Origin: an uncultured Planctomycetota bacterium
GTDB taxonomy: Bacteria; Planctomycetota; Planctomycetia; Gemmatales; Gemmataceae
Reading direction: 5' to 3'
Assembly: GCA_963849325.1 (NCBI GenBank)
Contig: CAWKHF010000001.1
Span: 448,001 to 512,000 of the forward strand
DNA: 64,000 nucleotides
Shown: piece by piece, positions 1-12,475 of the stretch
Layout of the letters: each line of letters begins with the position of its first letter
Position numbering within the stretch: the stretch's first letter is position 1
Notes under the pieces: generated by a model
The model's database searches: none
Seen by the model: only the letters and a program-made list of their open reading frames with translations
What the model was told of the DNA's origin: nothing
Translations under genes and position numbers: made by a program

Positions 1-13
1 GCGAGTCAGGTGG

Positions 14-3000
14 GCTTCAATGCGGCCACGGCCCGAAGACCGTGGAGAACAGGGAGTCACCAGTGTTTGATCGCAACTGTCCGATGCTTCAATGCGGCCA
101 CGGCCCGAAGACCGTGGAGAACCTGCGATACCGCAACTCTTTATTGTCCACGAAATGCTTCAATGCGGCCACGGCCCGAAGACCGTGGAGAACCGGGCGG
201 CCCGGACAGGATCGATGCCGACGCGGAGGAGCTTCAATGCGGCCACGGCCCGAAGACCGTGGAGAACGAGAAGCGGGCGAGGCGGGTGCGAGCCTGGAGG
301 GCGTGCTTCAATGCGGCCACGGCCCGAAGACCGTGGAGAACGCCCGCGTCTGGATACGAACGCGAGACCGCAGCTATCGCTTCAATGCGGCCACGGCCCG
401 AAGACCGTGGAGAACGCGTACGGAACCGCCGTGATGGCGGCCGTGAACCGGCTTCAATGCGGCCACGGCCCGAAGACCGTGGAGAACTCGGGACTTTGAC
501 ACGACCCATATCGGGGATCGGTCTGCTTCAATGCGGCCACGGCCCGAAGACCGTGGAGAACCGTCTGGTCGTCGTGATGACCGGGACCGGAGCGATTGGG
601 CTTCAATGCGGCCACGGCCCGAAGACCGTGGAGAACCGGCGTGATAACCGTTGAACAGCTCGACTTGCTCGCGCTTCAATGCGGCCACGGCCCGAAGACC
701 GTGGAGAACGAGGTCTTAATCAAAGTCCTTGCCGATAGAATCAGCTTCAATGCGGCCACGGCCCGAAGACCGTGGAGAACTTCTTTTCTTGTTTGACGCC
801 AGAGGACATATACCAGCTTCAATGCGGCCACGGCCCGAAGACCGTGGAGAACGCGGTTGCTTTTGAGGGCCAATTGAGCTTGGCGGTGCTTCAATGCGGC
901 CACGGCCCGAAGACCGTGGAGAACCAACCCGCCGATTGACCCCGATACTGTTTTGACAGGGCTTCAATGCGGCCACGGCCCGAAGACCGTGGAGAACCTG
1001 GCAGCTTGCGACCCGCTGAAGGCCGCGAGGTGGCTTCAATGCGGCCACGGCCCGAAGACCGTGGAGAACTCGTTTGAAGGAGTAATCAATGCCAGGTGTC
1101 AAGCAGAGCTTCAATGCGGCCACGGCCCGAAGACCGTGGAGAACTTGCCCTCAGAGGACGCCGTTCCGGACAGTGATGAGGAGCTTCAATGCGGCCACGG
1201 CCCGAAGACCGTGGAGAACCAAATCACGTTCGGCCGGAGCCGTTCAGTGAACGGCGCTTCAATGCGGCCACGGCCCGAAGACCGTGGAGAACCCGAAGAA
1301 ATCCGGCAACGATGCCGCTGGCGTGACGCTGCTTCAATGCGGCCACGGCCCGAAGACCGTGGAGAACCCTGCGCGACTCATGGCGAGGGCCGCACTCTCC
1401 CCATAGGCGCTTCAATGCGGCCACGGCCCGAAGACCGTGGAGAACCGCATCTCGGCCCCCTCGCGTGAGCTGCGTCACCGACTTTGCTTCAATGCGGCCA
1501 CGGCCCGAAGACCGTGGAGAACCGGGCAATCCTGCTGTGATGAACGACGGCAGAGACGCTTCAATGCGGCCACGGCCCGAAGACCGTGGAGAACTTCGAG
1601 CGGCGCCGATGTTGGCGAGGTCGTTGTTCTGGCTTCAATGCGGCCACGGCCCGAAGACCGTGGAGAACCCCCGCATCGGGCCTTGCTGTGGCCCGTATGG
1701 CAGGGAGCTTCAATGCGGCCACGGCCCGAAGACCGTGGAGAACTCGCCCACCGGCAGGTAGCCCAGAGGCGGTAGGTGAGGCTTCAATGCGGCCACGGCC
1801 CGAAGACCGTGGAGAACATCGAAGCTATGAATGATTCATTGAAAGATGCTCTGCTTCAATGCGGCCACGGCCCGAAGACCGTGGAGAACGACTGGTACTA
1901 TCAGGACACAGACAGCCTGATAGTGAGTGCTTCAATGCGGCCACGGCCCGAAGACCGTGGAGAACCCGCGACCTATGGCAAAGTGGAACTGGAAGATCTG
2001 TGCTTCAATGCGGCCACGGCCCGAAGACCGTGGAGAACACAGGATGCCTTCCTCCGATGTCATCGCCGGCCCTCCCCGCTTCAATGCGGCCACGGCCCGA
2101 AGACCGTGGAGAACCTGTCGATACTCCCAGCATTTCGATCATACCGCGACGGCGCTTCAATGCGGCCACGGCCCGAAGACCGTGGAGAACAACCCGTTCA
2201 TTCGCCGGACTGTGGACAACGAGAACGGCTTCAATGCGGCCACGGCCCGAAGACCGTGGAGAACTCGCGTTGTCCTGGGCGTCACCCTGACACCGGATCA
2301 AGCTTCAATGCGGCCACGGCCCGAAGACCGTGGAGAACCGCTTCCGCAATCTGTATTGGCGTCGTCCCAAGACTAGCTTCAATGCGGCCACGGCCCGAAG
2401 ACCGTGGAGAACCCGGCCCGCCGTGCGCGGCACGCTCTGGACGGCCTAGCTTCAATGCGGCCACGGCCCGAAGACCGTGGAGAACAAGAAGTTCTCGGAC
2501 GAGATGATTGAGGAGCTGAAGGCTTCAATGCGGCCACGGCCCGAAGACCGTGGAGAACCGAGAATCCAAGCGAGATCAGGGTCGTGGCCATCGGGCTTCA
2601 ATGCGGCCACGGCCCGAAGACCGTGGAGAACTTGGAAACTCCCAATTCGTGTTGTCGCTGCTGTCGAGCTTCAATGCGGCCACGGCCCGAAGACCGTGGA
2701 GAACTTGAAGACAGCCACGACGTATGGGAAATGCTTGGCGAGCTTCAATGCGGCCACGGCCCGAAGACCGTGGAGAACAGTTCCTTGACGCACGCGCACG
2801 TCCACGTCCCGCCGGCGCTTCAATGCGGCCACGGCCCGAAGACCGTGGAGAACGCGAAAGTATCTGCGGCAGTGCTTTCGGCTGGGAATGCTTCAATGCG
2901 GCCACGGCCCGAAGACCGTGGAGAACTGCTTACGTCGCGTTGAGTTAAGTTTCCCTTTTTTCGGCTTCAATGCGGCCACGGCCCGAAGACCGTGGAGAAC

Positions 3001-6000
3001 ATCGTGACGTAGAGAGGTAATCGAGCCGGATACAGGCTTCAATGCGGCCACGGCCCGAAGACCGTGGAGAACTCGGCATCGGTGCCGACGCCAAGACCGA
3101 CCTCGAAGCTTCAATGCGGCCACGGCCCGAAGACCGTGGAGAACCATCTATCACATGGCCGTTCATAACCCGGCCACAGAGGCTTCAATGCGGCCACGGC
3201 CCGAAGACCGTGGAGAACTGATGAAACCAGTATGGAGTAGGGACTGGCGAGACCATGCTTCAATGCGGCCACGGCCCGAAGACCGTGGAGAACCAGTCCT
3301 TATGTCGCCCTATCAGCCAACACATAATTTGCTTCAATGCGGCCACGGCCCGAAGACCGTGGAGAACCTCCAATGCAGTGTTGTTTGAGAAAAGAGGCCG
3401 ACAAAGCTTCAATGCGGCCACGGCCCGAAGACCGTGGAGAACGAGAACCTCTGGTGTGGCAGGTATTTTCGATGTTATCGCTTCAATGCGGCCACGGCCC
3501 GAAGACCGTGGAGAACTGGAGATATATGCCGGAGGGGAGCTACCGTCCAAGCTTCAATGCGGCCACGGCCCGAAGCCGTGGAGAACTCAGTGCCAATCTC
3601 GCGGCACTGCCGGCAGTCCCGGAGGCTTCAATGCGGCCACGGCCCGAAGACCGTGGAGAACCAGAGCTAGTACATTCTATTTGCTTAGGAATTACAGCGG
3701 CTTCAATGCGGCCACGGCCCGAAGCCGTGGAGAACGTTCGCTCGGCTTTTCATCTTGCGGAGCAGGAGCGAGCTTCAATGCGGCCACGGCCCGAAGCCGT
3801 GGAGAACCTGGTGGCGGTTGCCGCGGAGGAGGTGTGGTGGCGGCTTCAATGCGGCCACGGCCCGAAGCCGTGGAGAACGTCCGGTAAATCAACATGGGTG
3901 AAGAATTGGCAAGACGCTTCAATGCGGCCACGGCCCGAAGCCGTGGAGAACCTCGGCGTGCCCGACTGTTGTTGCGCGGAAAGGGGGCTTCAATGCGGCC
4001 ACGGCCCGAAGACCGTGGAGAACTTCAAGGTGAAGTTCGATGTTGGGGATTCATTGTAGCTTCAATGCGGCCACGGCCCGAAGCCGTGGAGAACTCCAGA
4101 CCAGTTATCTTGGACGGTGAAGTGGGTAAGCTTCAATGCGGCCACGGCCCGAAGCCGTGGAGAACGTGGAATTGATACCCACCACCGGAGCTTGCACGAC
4201 AGCTTCAATGCGGCCACGGCCCGAAGCCGTGGAGAACTCGCCGCGTTGTGCGGCTGAACGCACCGGAGCAATCTGGGCTTCAATGCGGCCACGGCCTGAA
4301 GCCGTGGAGAACCAACGGTCCGGTGATTGGCAAGGTTTCGATACGAGAGCTTCAATGCGGCCACGGCCCGAAGAGCCGTGGAGAACCCACCGTTATTGCC
4401 GTGGTTCTCCTCGCACCTACATTAGCTTCAATGCGGCCACGGCCTGAAGCCGTGGAGAACAACCTCGCAACGCCTGCGATGACGGGACGAAATTCTGGCT
4501 TCAATGCGGCCACGGCCCGAAGCCGTGGAGAACTCGCGTTGCATCGGTGCAGGTGTCTGCTGCCACTTGGCGCTTCAATGCGGCCACGGCGAAGCCGTGG
4601 AGAACGCCAGGGAGGCCGGCCGCACGTCGGAATCGATCATGCTTCAATGCGGCCACGGCCTGAAGCCGTGGAGAACCCTGGCGCAAACGGCGACGGGCCT
4701 GCCGGGGCAGATGCTTCAATGCGGCCACGGCCCGAAGCCGTGGAGAACCTTATCAGACTGCAGAGCTTTCACCATTATGTTGTCCAAGCTTCAATGCGGC
4801 CACGGCCTGAAGCCGTGGAGAACCTGGCGGCGGCATGGAACACCGAGTCGGTATTCCAACGCTTCAATGCGGCCACGGCCTGAAGCCGTGGAGAACGTCG
4901 CCGTCGATGAGAAGGCGCTGGCCGCCGACTGGCAGCTTCAATGCGGCCACGGCCTGAAGCCGTGGAGAACGCGCGTGCGAACCCCCTGCCGCCGGCCCCC
5001 GGATGGCTTCAATGCGGCCACGGCCTGAAGCCGTGGAGAACTCGCGGCTCAGGATTTCGACGCGCCGGCACCCCGCTGCTTCAATGCGGCCACGGCCTGA
5101 AGCCGTGGAGAACCTTGGCGCGGATGGAACACCGAGTGCGTAGTCCAACGCTTCAATGCGGCCACGGCCCGAAGCCGTGGAGAACAAAAGCTTCGGACGA
5201 ACATCGTCAAGACGGACGCAGGCTTCAATGCGGCCACGGCCCGAAGCCGTGGAGAACCGACGCATCGCTACCACCACTGCTACCGACTAACGCCAGCTTC
5301 AATGCGGCCACGGCCTGAAGCCGTGGAGAACTGGGACAAGGCCGTCGATTTCTGGATCAGCACTGAATGGCTTCAATGCGGCCACGGCCCGAAGCCGTGG
5401 AGAACTGCCACGGCGTCCACCCCGATGATACGCATATTCGCATGCTTCAATGCGGCCACGGCCTGAAGGCCGTGGAGAACATATCCACGTCCACGCTGTG
5501 CCTGGCGATCATCATCGCGGCTTCAATGCGGCCACGGCGTGAAGCCGTGGAGAACGACGATGGTCGCGGGTCGACTGGGGCGAAAGGATGCGAGCTTCAA
5601 TGCGGCCACGGCCTGAAGCCGTGGAGAACCACTGCGGACATGGTAGTGTCGCCAGGTGATGTACGCTTCAATGCGGCCACGGCGATAGCCGTGGAGAACC
5701 TGCGGGATCTGCGTCGTGGCAGCTCCGAGCAACAGGGCTTCAATGCGGCCACGGCCCGAAGCCGTGGAGAACTTGAGTCTGACTGCACGATCACGACACG
5801 CCGCACGAGGCTTCAATGCGGCCACGGCCCGAAGCCGTGGAGAACAGCGATCTGCGGCCTGCATGCGTACAACCCTTGCTCGCGCTTCAATGCGGCCACG
5901 GCCTGAAGCCGTGGAGAACTTCACCCGCTGAACAGGGGCGGTTTCGACACCAGAAGCTTCAATGCGGCCACGGCCTGAAGCCGTGGAGAACGCGATAACG

Positions 6001-8175
6001 ACCGATTCACGTGGACGTGACGTTGTCTCGCTTCAATGCGGCCACGGCCTGAAGCCGTGGAGAACTCCGTCAGAAACAGCCGACAGGTCGTCAGACGACG
6101 CCAGCTTCAATGCGGCCACGGCCTGAAGCCGTGGAGAACGACACCAACACCACCACCACCAACTCCACCAACACGCTTCAATGCGGCCACGGCCTGAAGC
6201 CGTGGAGAACTCGAATCTGGTCAGAGAGCCGGATTGACCCCGATAGCTTCAATGCGGCCACGGCCTGAAGCCGTGGAGAACCTGATAGCTTGCGACCCGC
6301 TAAAGGCCGCCACGTGGCTTCAATGCGGCCACGGCCCGAAGCCGTGGAGAACAACGCAATGCTGGCGGCGTGGGCCAACGATGCGACGTGCTTCAATGCG
6401 GCCACGGCCCGAAGCCGTGGAGAACCCAGACTTTCAGGATTGCCGAGTACGCATCTAATAGCTTCAATGCGGCCACGGCCCGAAGCCGTGGAGAACGCGA
6501 CCGAGCAACTGCAACTCGCCTCCATGAAGCCTGCTTCAATGCGGCCACGGCCCGAAGCCGTGGAGAACGTACCATCGACCGCCGCCCCGCAAATCGCCGA
6601 ATAGCTTCAATGCGGCCACGGCCCGAAGACCGTGGAGAACTAGGCTCGATGCTGGGGCTGTGGCCGCATCGGTCGGAGCTTCAATGCGGCCACGGCCCGA
6701 AGCCGTGGAGAACTCGCGACCGACGCCGGCCGTACCGATCGAGGAGTGCTTCAATGCGGCCACGGCCCGAAGACCGTGGAGAACCCAACCTTGGGCGATA
6801 CTGTTGCATCCTCTGGCCTGCTTCAATGCGGCCACGGCCCGAAGCCGTGGAGAACGCACCAGTTGCCGAACGCCACCATTGCCCCTCGGTACCGCTTCAA
6901 TGCGGCCACGGCCCGAAGACCGTGGAGAACCCACGTCCCCAAAGGCACGCCGGGCCAAGGAAGGTCAGCTTCAATGCGGCCACGGCCCGAAGACCGTGGA
7001 GAACGCCCTGGGTCACGCATTTGCTCGCCGAATTTGCTCCAGCTTCAATGCGGCCACGGCCCGAAGACCGTGGAGAACCAGCGTGGGGTGTTGGTCGAGC
7101 AAAAGTGGGCTGACAGCTTCAATGCGGCCACGGCCCGAAGACCGTGGAGAACTTGAATACTCGCAATATACACGTCCCGAGTTGACGCTTCAATGCGGCC
7201 ACGGCCCGAAGACCGTGGAGAACGGCAAGTCGCTCTGGCAAACGGCCCCCGTTCTGCCCGTGCTTCAATGCGGCCACGGCCCGAAGACCGTGGAGAACTC
7301 CGATTGAAGCTCTTGGTGAAGCCGCAAAGCTGAGTGCTTCAATGCGGCCACGGCCCGAAGACCGTGGAGAACCCGCCGGGCATTGGAGCGCATCGGCCTC
7401 CGATTGCAGGCTTCAATGCGGCCACGGCCCGAAGACCGTGGAGAACAATGACGCTGTGCTCCGCCTTGCTCTGGCCGATTTGGCTTCAATGCGGCCACGG
7501 CCCGAAGACCGTGGAGAACGCAGCTCGTCTGCAACCGGCTTGCCCATCACCACGAGCTTCAATGCGGCCACGGCCCGAAGACCGTGGAGAACTCGGCCGG
7601 CGAGAGAAGCAATTCCTCGATTTGGCGCGTGCTTCAATGCGGCCACGGCCCGAAGACCGTGGAGAACGAACTCCCATTCGAGATTGTGAGCTTTTCCGGC
7701 GAGCTTCAATGCGGCCACGGCCCAAGACCGTGGAGAACCCTTGATGACAAGGCGGAACCCCATAAACATCGTCCCAGCTTCAATGCGGCCACGGCCCGAA
7801 GACCGTGGAGAACATCGCAACCGAGGGTCACACCGAGTCCAACACGTTTCGGCTTCAATGCGGCCACGGCCCGAAGACCGTGGAGAACGGAACCATCCCT
7901 ATGCACGCCTGGGGGGGATCAAGGCTTCAATGCGGCCACGGCCCGAAGACCGTGGAGAACGTCTGAGGTCGAATCGCCGGCGTCAGGCGAAGGCTGCTTC
8001 AATGCGGCCACGGCCCGAAGACCGTGGAGAACGCAGCCGCTCGTGCCTTGCCTCGACGTGCCGACAGCATGCTTCAATGCGGCCACGGCCCGAAGACCGT
8101 GGAGAACGCTGCCGCATGGGTGCGCGTGGCGACGAGTCGCTTCAATGCGGCCACGGCCCGAAGACCGTGGAGAAC
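14..8175 (-). CRISPR. Large CRISPR array, ~110 repeats (36-37 bp, type I-G/I-U-like), probably continuing past the left edge
   Basis: Repeat GCTTCAATGCGGCCACGGCCCGAAGACCGTGGAGAAC recurs every ~72 bp with unique spacers of roughly 31-41 bp. On the minus strand it reads GTTCTCCACGGTCTTCGGGCCGTGGCCGCATTGAAGC, with hairpin CCACGGTC-TTCG-GGCCGTGG and the 3' ATTGAAGC type I handle. The count is estimated from the period. Confidence 0.99.
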
Positions 8176-8450
8176 CGCTCGCGTTGCAAGCGGTGTATTT
8201 CACGCTCGTTAGAGCGTGCTCTGCGAGCAGGCTGAGGAATTGGAGGAACAGAGGAAGCAGAGGAAACAGTTCCTCATTCGTCAACTCCTGCCGGCGACAG
8301 ATGTTCGGCGACGCGAGCGGCTCGCGGGCCAAGCAAACAACGCATCTCCTCAATTGTCAAAGACCAGCGCCACGGAGACCGGGCGAACACGATTGCAGCA
8401 CCTTGGCGTTCGCGGCATCGATGCGAGAAGAACGGCGTGACCGACAGCGA
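8176..8450 (-). promoter_or_regulatory. CRISPR leader
   Basis: Non-repeat region between the last repeat and the cas6-like gene, at the 5' end of the array in handle orientation. Contains TCTTTGACAATTGA (minus strand, ~8349-8363) and the palindrome GCGAGCGGCTCGC (~8313-8325). Confidence 0.75.
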
Positions 8451-9431
8451 TCATTCGGTTGGGAGGAACAGGCCCAGACCGAAATGAGAGGCGTGGCCCA
8501 GACAAAGCGGCCCCGCCAACTCGCGGTCGAACTCCAGGCGGAACGCCGCCGTCGCTCGATTGGCCCCGTCGTCGCCCGGTTTGCGGCGGCCGCGACGGAA
8601 CTGAAGCGGCCGGAACGAACAGGTGCGGCCTACGTGATCCAAGACAGTATAGGCGGCCGATGCACCGGCCGCCAGGGTGGGTTGACGGCGGAGCCAGCGT
8701 TGGCTTTCTTCGGCAAGGACGCGGGCCGCGAAGTGCGGCCGGCCCGTGAGACCGTGACAGTCGGGCGGGTCTTTCTGACGGCCGCGTTTCTTGGGGCAGC
8801 GCGTGACGACAAACGGCGTGGCCGACTCCCAGACGCGGGCGGGACCAAACAGGCGACAGCGGAAATCCTCCGGCCGGCCCAGCCCCACCAGCAGCACCTG
8901 CAACGGGTCGCCCTCCCCCCAGGGCAGCCGCCGCACGGCTTGGAGGGCCGCCAGCTCGTCGGGGCCGAATCCCTCCGCGGCGTAGACGGTTACGTGATCG
9001 AGGCGGCTGGCGTCGTTCTCGGCCGTGGGCAGATAGTAGGCGTGGTCGTGGGAGTTCAGCGGCCGACCCGTTTCATCCTTTCCGGAAAACACCCGCGAGT
9101 AGAACTGCTGCGGATATCGCTTGGCGGCGTTTCCGTATCTGCGACGGTGCAGAAAGCGCTGAAAGCGATGCATGAGCACATGCCGAAACGCCTCGGCCAC
9201 TGGGAGGGTTTCGGTCACAAGTGGTAGCACCGGGCCGTCGAGCAGGAAGCGGGCGATCGTCATTAAGGCAGTGCCAGGTTTCTCGGTAACCACGACACGA
9301 AATGGGCGGTCATAGGGAACCGCTTCAAGTGTCGCGGAATCCAACGTCGGAACCACAATCGGTGTGATCCGATTGTCCGAGGCCTCTGTGTCAGGCCGCC
9401 GGCGACGCGAACCCCTTCTTGGCCTGCCCAT
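8451..9431 (-). CDS. csb2: Cas6-like crRNA processing RAMP, corresponding to the C-terminal half of type I-G Csb2
   Basis: Motifs FSGKD..GRPL..HDHAYYLP, LDHVTVYA..GF, WESATPFV and the terminal G-loop GPLCLGHASHFGLGLF. AAGGAG RBS before ATG 9431. ~326 aa, with no recognisable N-terminal Cas5 half. Confidence 0.85.
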   Translation of the reverse strand: MGRPRRGSRRRRPDTEASDNRITPIVVPTLDSATLEAVPYDRPFRVVVTEKPGTALMTIARFLLDGPVLPLVTETLPVAEAFRHVLMHRFQRFLHRRRYGNAAKRYPQQFYSRVFSGKDETGRPLNSHDHAYYLPTAENDASRLDHVTVYAAEGFGPDELAALQAVRRLPWGEGDPLQVLLVGLGRPEDFRCRLFGPARVWESATPFVVTRCPKKRGRQKDPPDCHGLTGRPHFAARVLAEESQRWLRRQPTLAAGASAAYTVLDHVGRTCSFRPLQFRRGRRKPGDDGANRATAAFRLEFDRELAGPLCLGHASHFGLGLFLPTE

Positions 9432-9433
9432 GC

Positions 9434-11766
9434 CTAGCTCCTTGTTCGTTTCCACCCTGTGCTGACATCATAAAGTTGAACGGCGAGGCTCATTGGGACA
9501 TGAACGATCTGTGATTCTTGCGACGCCTGGTCAATAGAGTAACCATATCGCTTGGGAACCTCAACGATCCGTTGCCCTAATTCAGGCTGCAGTTTCCGAA
9601 GCCGTCCCCGGCGCTGTCCAGGATCGGATAGCGCGTTCGCTTCCCGGAACTGCCGCCAAACGTCGGCGTCGGCAATGTCAACTTCGACGAAGTGCGCAAC
9701 CGCATCCTGACGTTCGTCGATGAGTCGAACCGCTTTGTCTTGGTCCTTTGCATCGATTCCTTCCCCACGGAGAGAGGCAAACTCCCACTGCTGAACCGCC
9801 TCCATGACCTTGTGAAAGGTGTCCGACCCGGTTCGGCTGGCGACGAGCCTGAAATATTCACCCACGCTCTCTTGGAGTCTTGGCTCGGGTACGGGCGTCC
9901 CTTGACCGGCAGCTCTTTCCAGAACCTCTCGCGGCACCCATCTCCTTGTTGCCATAGATCAGGTTGCCGGTATCTCCTTCCACTCTGACCAGGAAAACCT
10001 GGCCGCGGCGTCCCGTGCCGTGCCGGTTACACCGTCCGGCGGCCTGAACCACGGCGTCTAGGGGGGCCAGCGCTCGGAAAACCACGTCGAAGGACAGATC
10101 GACACCTGCCTCCACCACCTGAGTGGCGATGAGAAGATGCGGCCTACCGTGGCACTTTACGATCTGTTGTAAGATCTTCTTCCGGTCCAGCGGTCGCAAG
10201 TTTGTGGAAAGGTGAAAGACTGGATTATCGGAAACGCCGGGCAGCACCTTACCAAGGCGCATAGGTCGAGGGCTTCCTGGATGGTGTTCACGATGACAAG
10301 GCAAGACGGCTGCTTCGGGTCCGTTACCACATTGCGAATCCGATCAGCCAAGGCGACGAGGCTCACTGGCTGCCCCGTCTGCACATGGAGGTCGTAACGG
10401 TCGAATGCAACCGCCAGCGTTTCAGCCAAGGTCGGGCGCAGCTCGCTCACATCGGTTGCCTCGAAGATGGCCGGTTGGGTAGCCGTTACCAGCAGTACAT
10501 CGGTTCCCCATTGATCGCTCAGTGCTCGCAGCGCGGTGTTGATAAGCCGCCAGAACTTGGCGGGGATGGCTTGCACCTCGTCAAGGATTAAGATGGAACC
10601 AGCCAGGCGGGCAAATCGCCTCGTGTCGGCGACAGTTCCGTGGAACAGGGCGTTTACGACCTGGACGAACGTAGTGCAGATGATGTCGGCTCGCCATCCT
10701 TCGACCCAACTCCGAGCAAGCGACTGCTCGCCGCTCCGCGCCAGCTCGCCCGGCTCCGCGACGTGGTGGTGAACTGCCAGAGTGCTTTCGTCTGGCTCGT
10801 CATCTCCCCATATGCGGCGCAGCACAGACGCGTTCTGGTCGATGATGCTTGTAAACGGCAGCGCGTAGACGATCGGGCACGGGGGAAGGCCAGCGCCAAT
10901 GCGCGCCTCGCGACGCCGGAGCGCCCACCCCAGGGCCGCGAGGGTCTTCCCCGCCCCAGTGGGAACCGTCAAGCTCCATAGGTGGCCCGAGTCGAGCTGG
11001 TCGGAGGTTTGCCCGATCCACGGCGGCCTGATACACGTGTTCTCGTGCCTGAACGACACGCGGGTCGGCCGCTGGACCGAAGTTGGCGGCGGTTCGGAAC
11101 CGCTCCAAGTGGGCAATCGTGAATCGAAGGGGTGCTTTGAAGAGATCAGGTGCGAACCCTGTCGCGGAATCTCGATCTGCCTCAATCAACAGGCCGAACC
11201 AACGCAGCGCGTCCTGGAACCTCTTCATGGCGGCCAACCCGGATGGCCCTTGCCGAAAAGCGGTAGACGAGCTGCACCCGCAGCTTGGCCCATCGCAAGT
11301 CGAGGTCCGGCTTCTGGACCGGCTCGCCAAGACTTGCGGCAAGCCAGGTCGCCGCGCCTTCAAGATCCAGGGCTTGAAGTTGCTTCGCCCACAGGCCACG
11401 CGCCACATCGTCGGATGGGGGCAGTGATTCCAGCGCGTTCTTCAACCCCGTGTGGTGGTGCGCCACCATCAGATACGCCAAGACCGTTTGGTCTATGGTC
11501 AGGCCATGAGCGGCGACCTTGGGTAACAGGTGGTTAAGCAGCCAGACGGCCCCAAGGTGGGCGTGCTGCTTCAACCGGAGATCGCTGACAGGTTGACCCT
11601 TCAGGTAGTGCTGGAAGTGTTCTGTCCCTTTTGCCACGTCATGGAACAGGCCGGCGATCCGACCCAACCAGCCACAGGCGGTTAGCCGATTCGCCACGTC
11701 TTGAAGGTGGCCGGTCAGGGGCTTGCCTGGGTGCGATTCACAGAGCCGAAAAGCAGGTGCCATCAT
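9434..11766 (-). CDS. cas3: Cas3 HD nuclease-helicase (split by several apparent frameshifts)
   Basis: Across consecutive ORF pieces: N-terminal SHPGKPLTGHL..FHDVAK..HAHLG..HHTGL, Walker A VPTGAGKT, YALPFTSIIDQ, ILDEVQ, TATQP, ATQVVEAGVDLSF and QAAGRCNR. Confidence 0.93.
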
Positions 11767-12475
11767 CGCACCTCCAATACGTGCGCATGGTAGCCGTGAT
11801 CGAGCCGCCGGTCGTTTCAAGTAGGTACTCTTCGTACCGCTCCACCTGCCGCGTCGGCAGCATTTCGGCCGGCATGCGAATCCGCTGGTAGACGGCTTCC
11901 TCGTCCCAACGAATGTCCTGTAGATCCGCGGTGCGGATGGGCGATACAAAACGCTGATGCCCGGCCCCGTCGCGGACCTCCTCCGCCTGAACAGTTCGGA
12001 CCACATCCCCGAACCATGCGATCATCCATGCCAGACCGAGGCAAGGGGTGTAATTCGTCATGCCCCGGCGCAGGGTCGTCGCCAACCGCGAACCGAGTTC
12101 GGGATGGCTGAACCAAACCCGATACCGTGGCTCGCGGATGATCTCATACCGCATGATCGTATGCGGGTTCACCGACTTGGGCCGGAAGGTCTGGATGCCA
12201 AGCACGGTCGGCGTTCCCTTGGTGTCGAGAAGGTTGAGCGAAACGTGCCCGGTGCGCAGCGGCGCGAGCATCTGGAGGGCGAATATCGCCTGGGAATCCC
12301 GAAACTGCTCCAGGGAATCATTCTTCGGCAGCCCCAGCACCGCCCCGACGAGACCACAAAGCGCCGTTCGCGGCGGCGCCGGGAAGCTCAGCGCCGTCGT
12401 GATGGCGTACGGCCGCCGGAAGTGGGCCATGTCCGACAGCACATCGAAGACAATGAACTCGCGCGGCATGGTCAT
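11738..12475 (-). CDS. cas5: Cas5 (type I-B/Hmari-like)
   Basis: FDVLSDMAHFRRPYAITTALSFPAPPRTALCGLVGAVLG and YTPCLG; lies between cas7 and cas3. Confidence 0.93.
   Translation of the reverse strand: MTMPREFIVFDVLSDMAHFRRPYAITTALSFPAPPRTALCGLVGAVLGLPKNDSLEQFRDSQAIFALQMLAPLRTGHVSLNLLDTKGTPTVLGIQTFRPKSVNPHTIMRYEIIREPRYRVWFSHPELGSRLATTLRRGMTNYTPCLGLAWMIAWFGDVVRTVQAEEVRDGAGHQRFVSPIRTADLQDIRWDEEAVYQRIRMPAEMLPTRQVERYEEYLLETTGGSITATMRTYWRCDDGTCFSAL

Noticed and set aside
7520-7555. Spacer sharing GTCTGCAACCG(T)GCTTGC with the element at ~32979-32996
   Set aside because: Short, gapped and with non-matching flanks, so probably chance. I found no convincing array match to the integrated element by eye, but a BLAST is needed.
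10-8235. Dozens of ORFs with repeating MRPRPEDRGE / LQCGHGPKTVEN / FNAATARRPWRT peptides
   Set aside because: These are translations of the CRISPR repeat, not genes.
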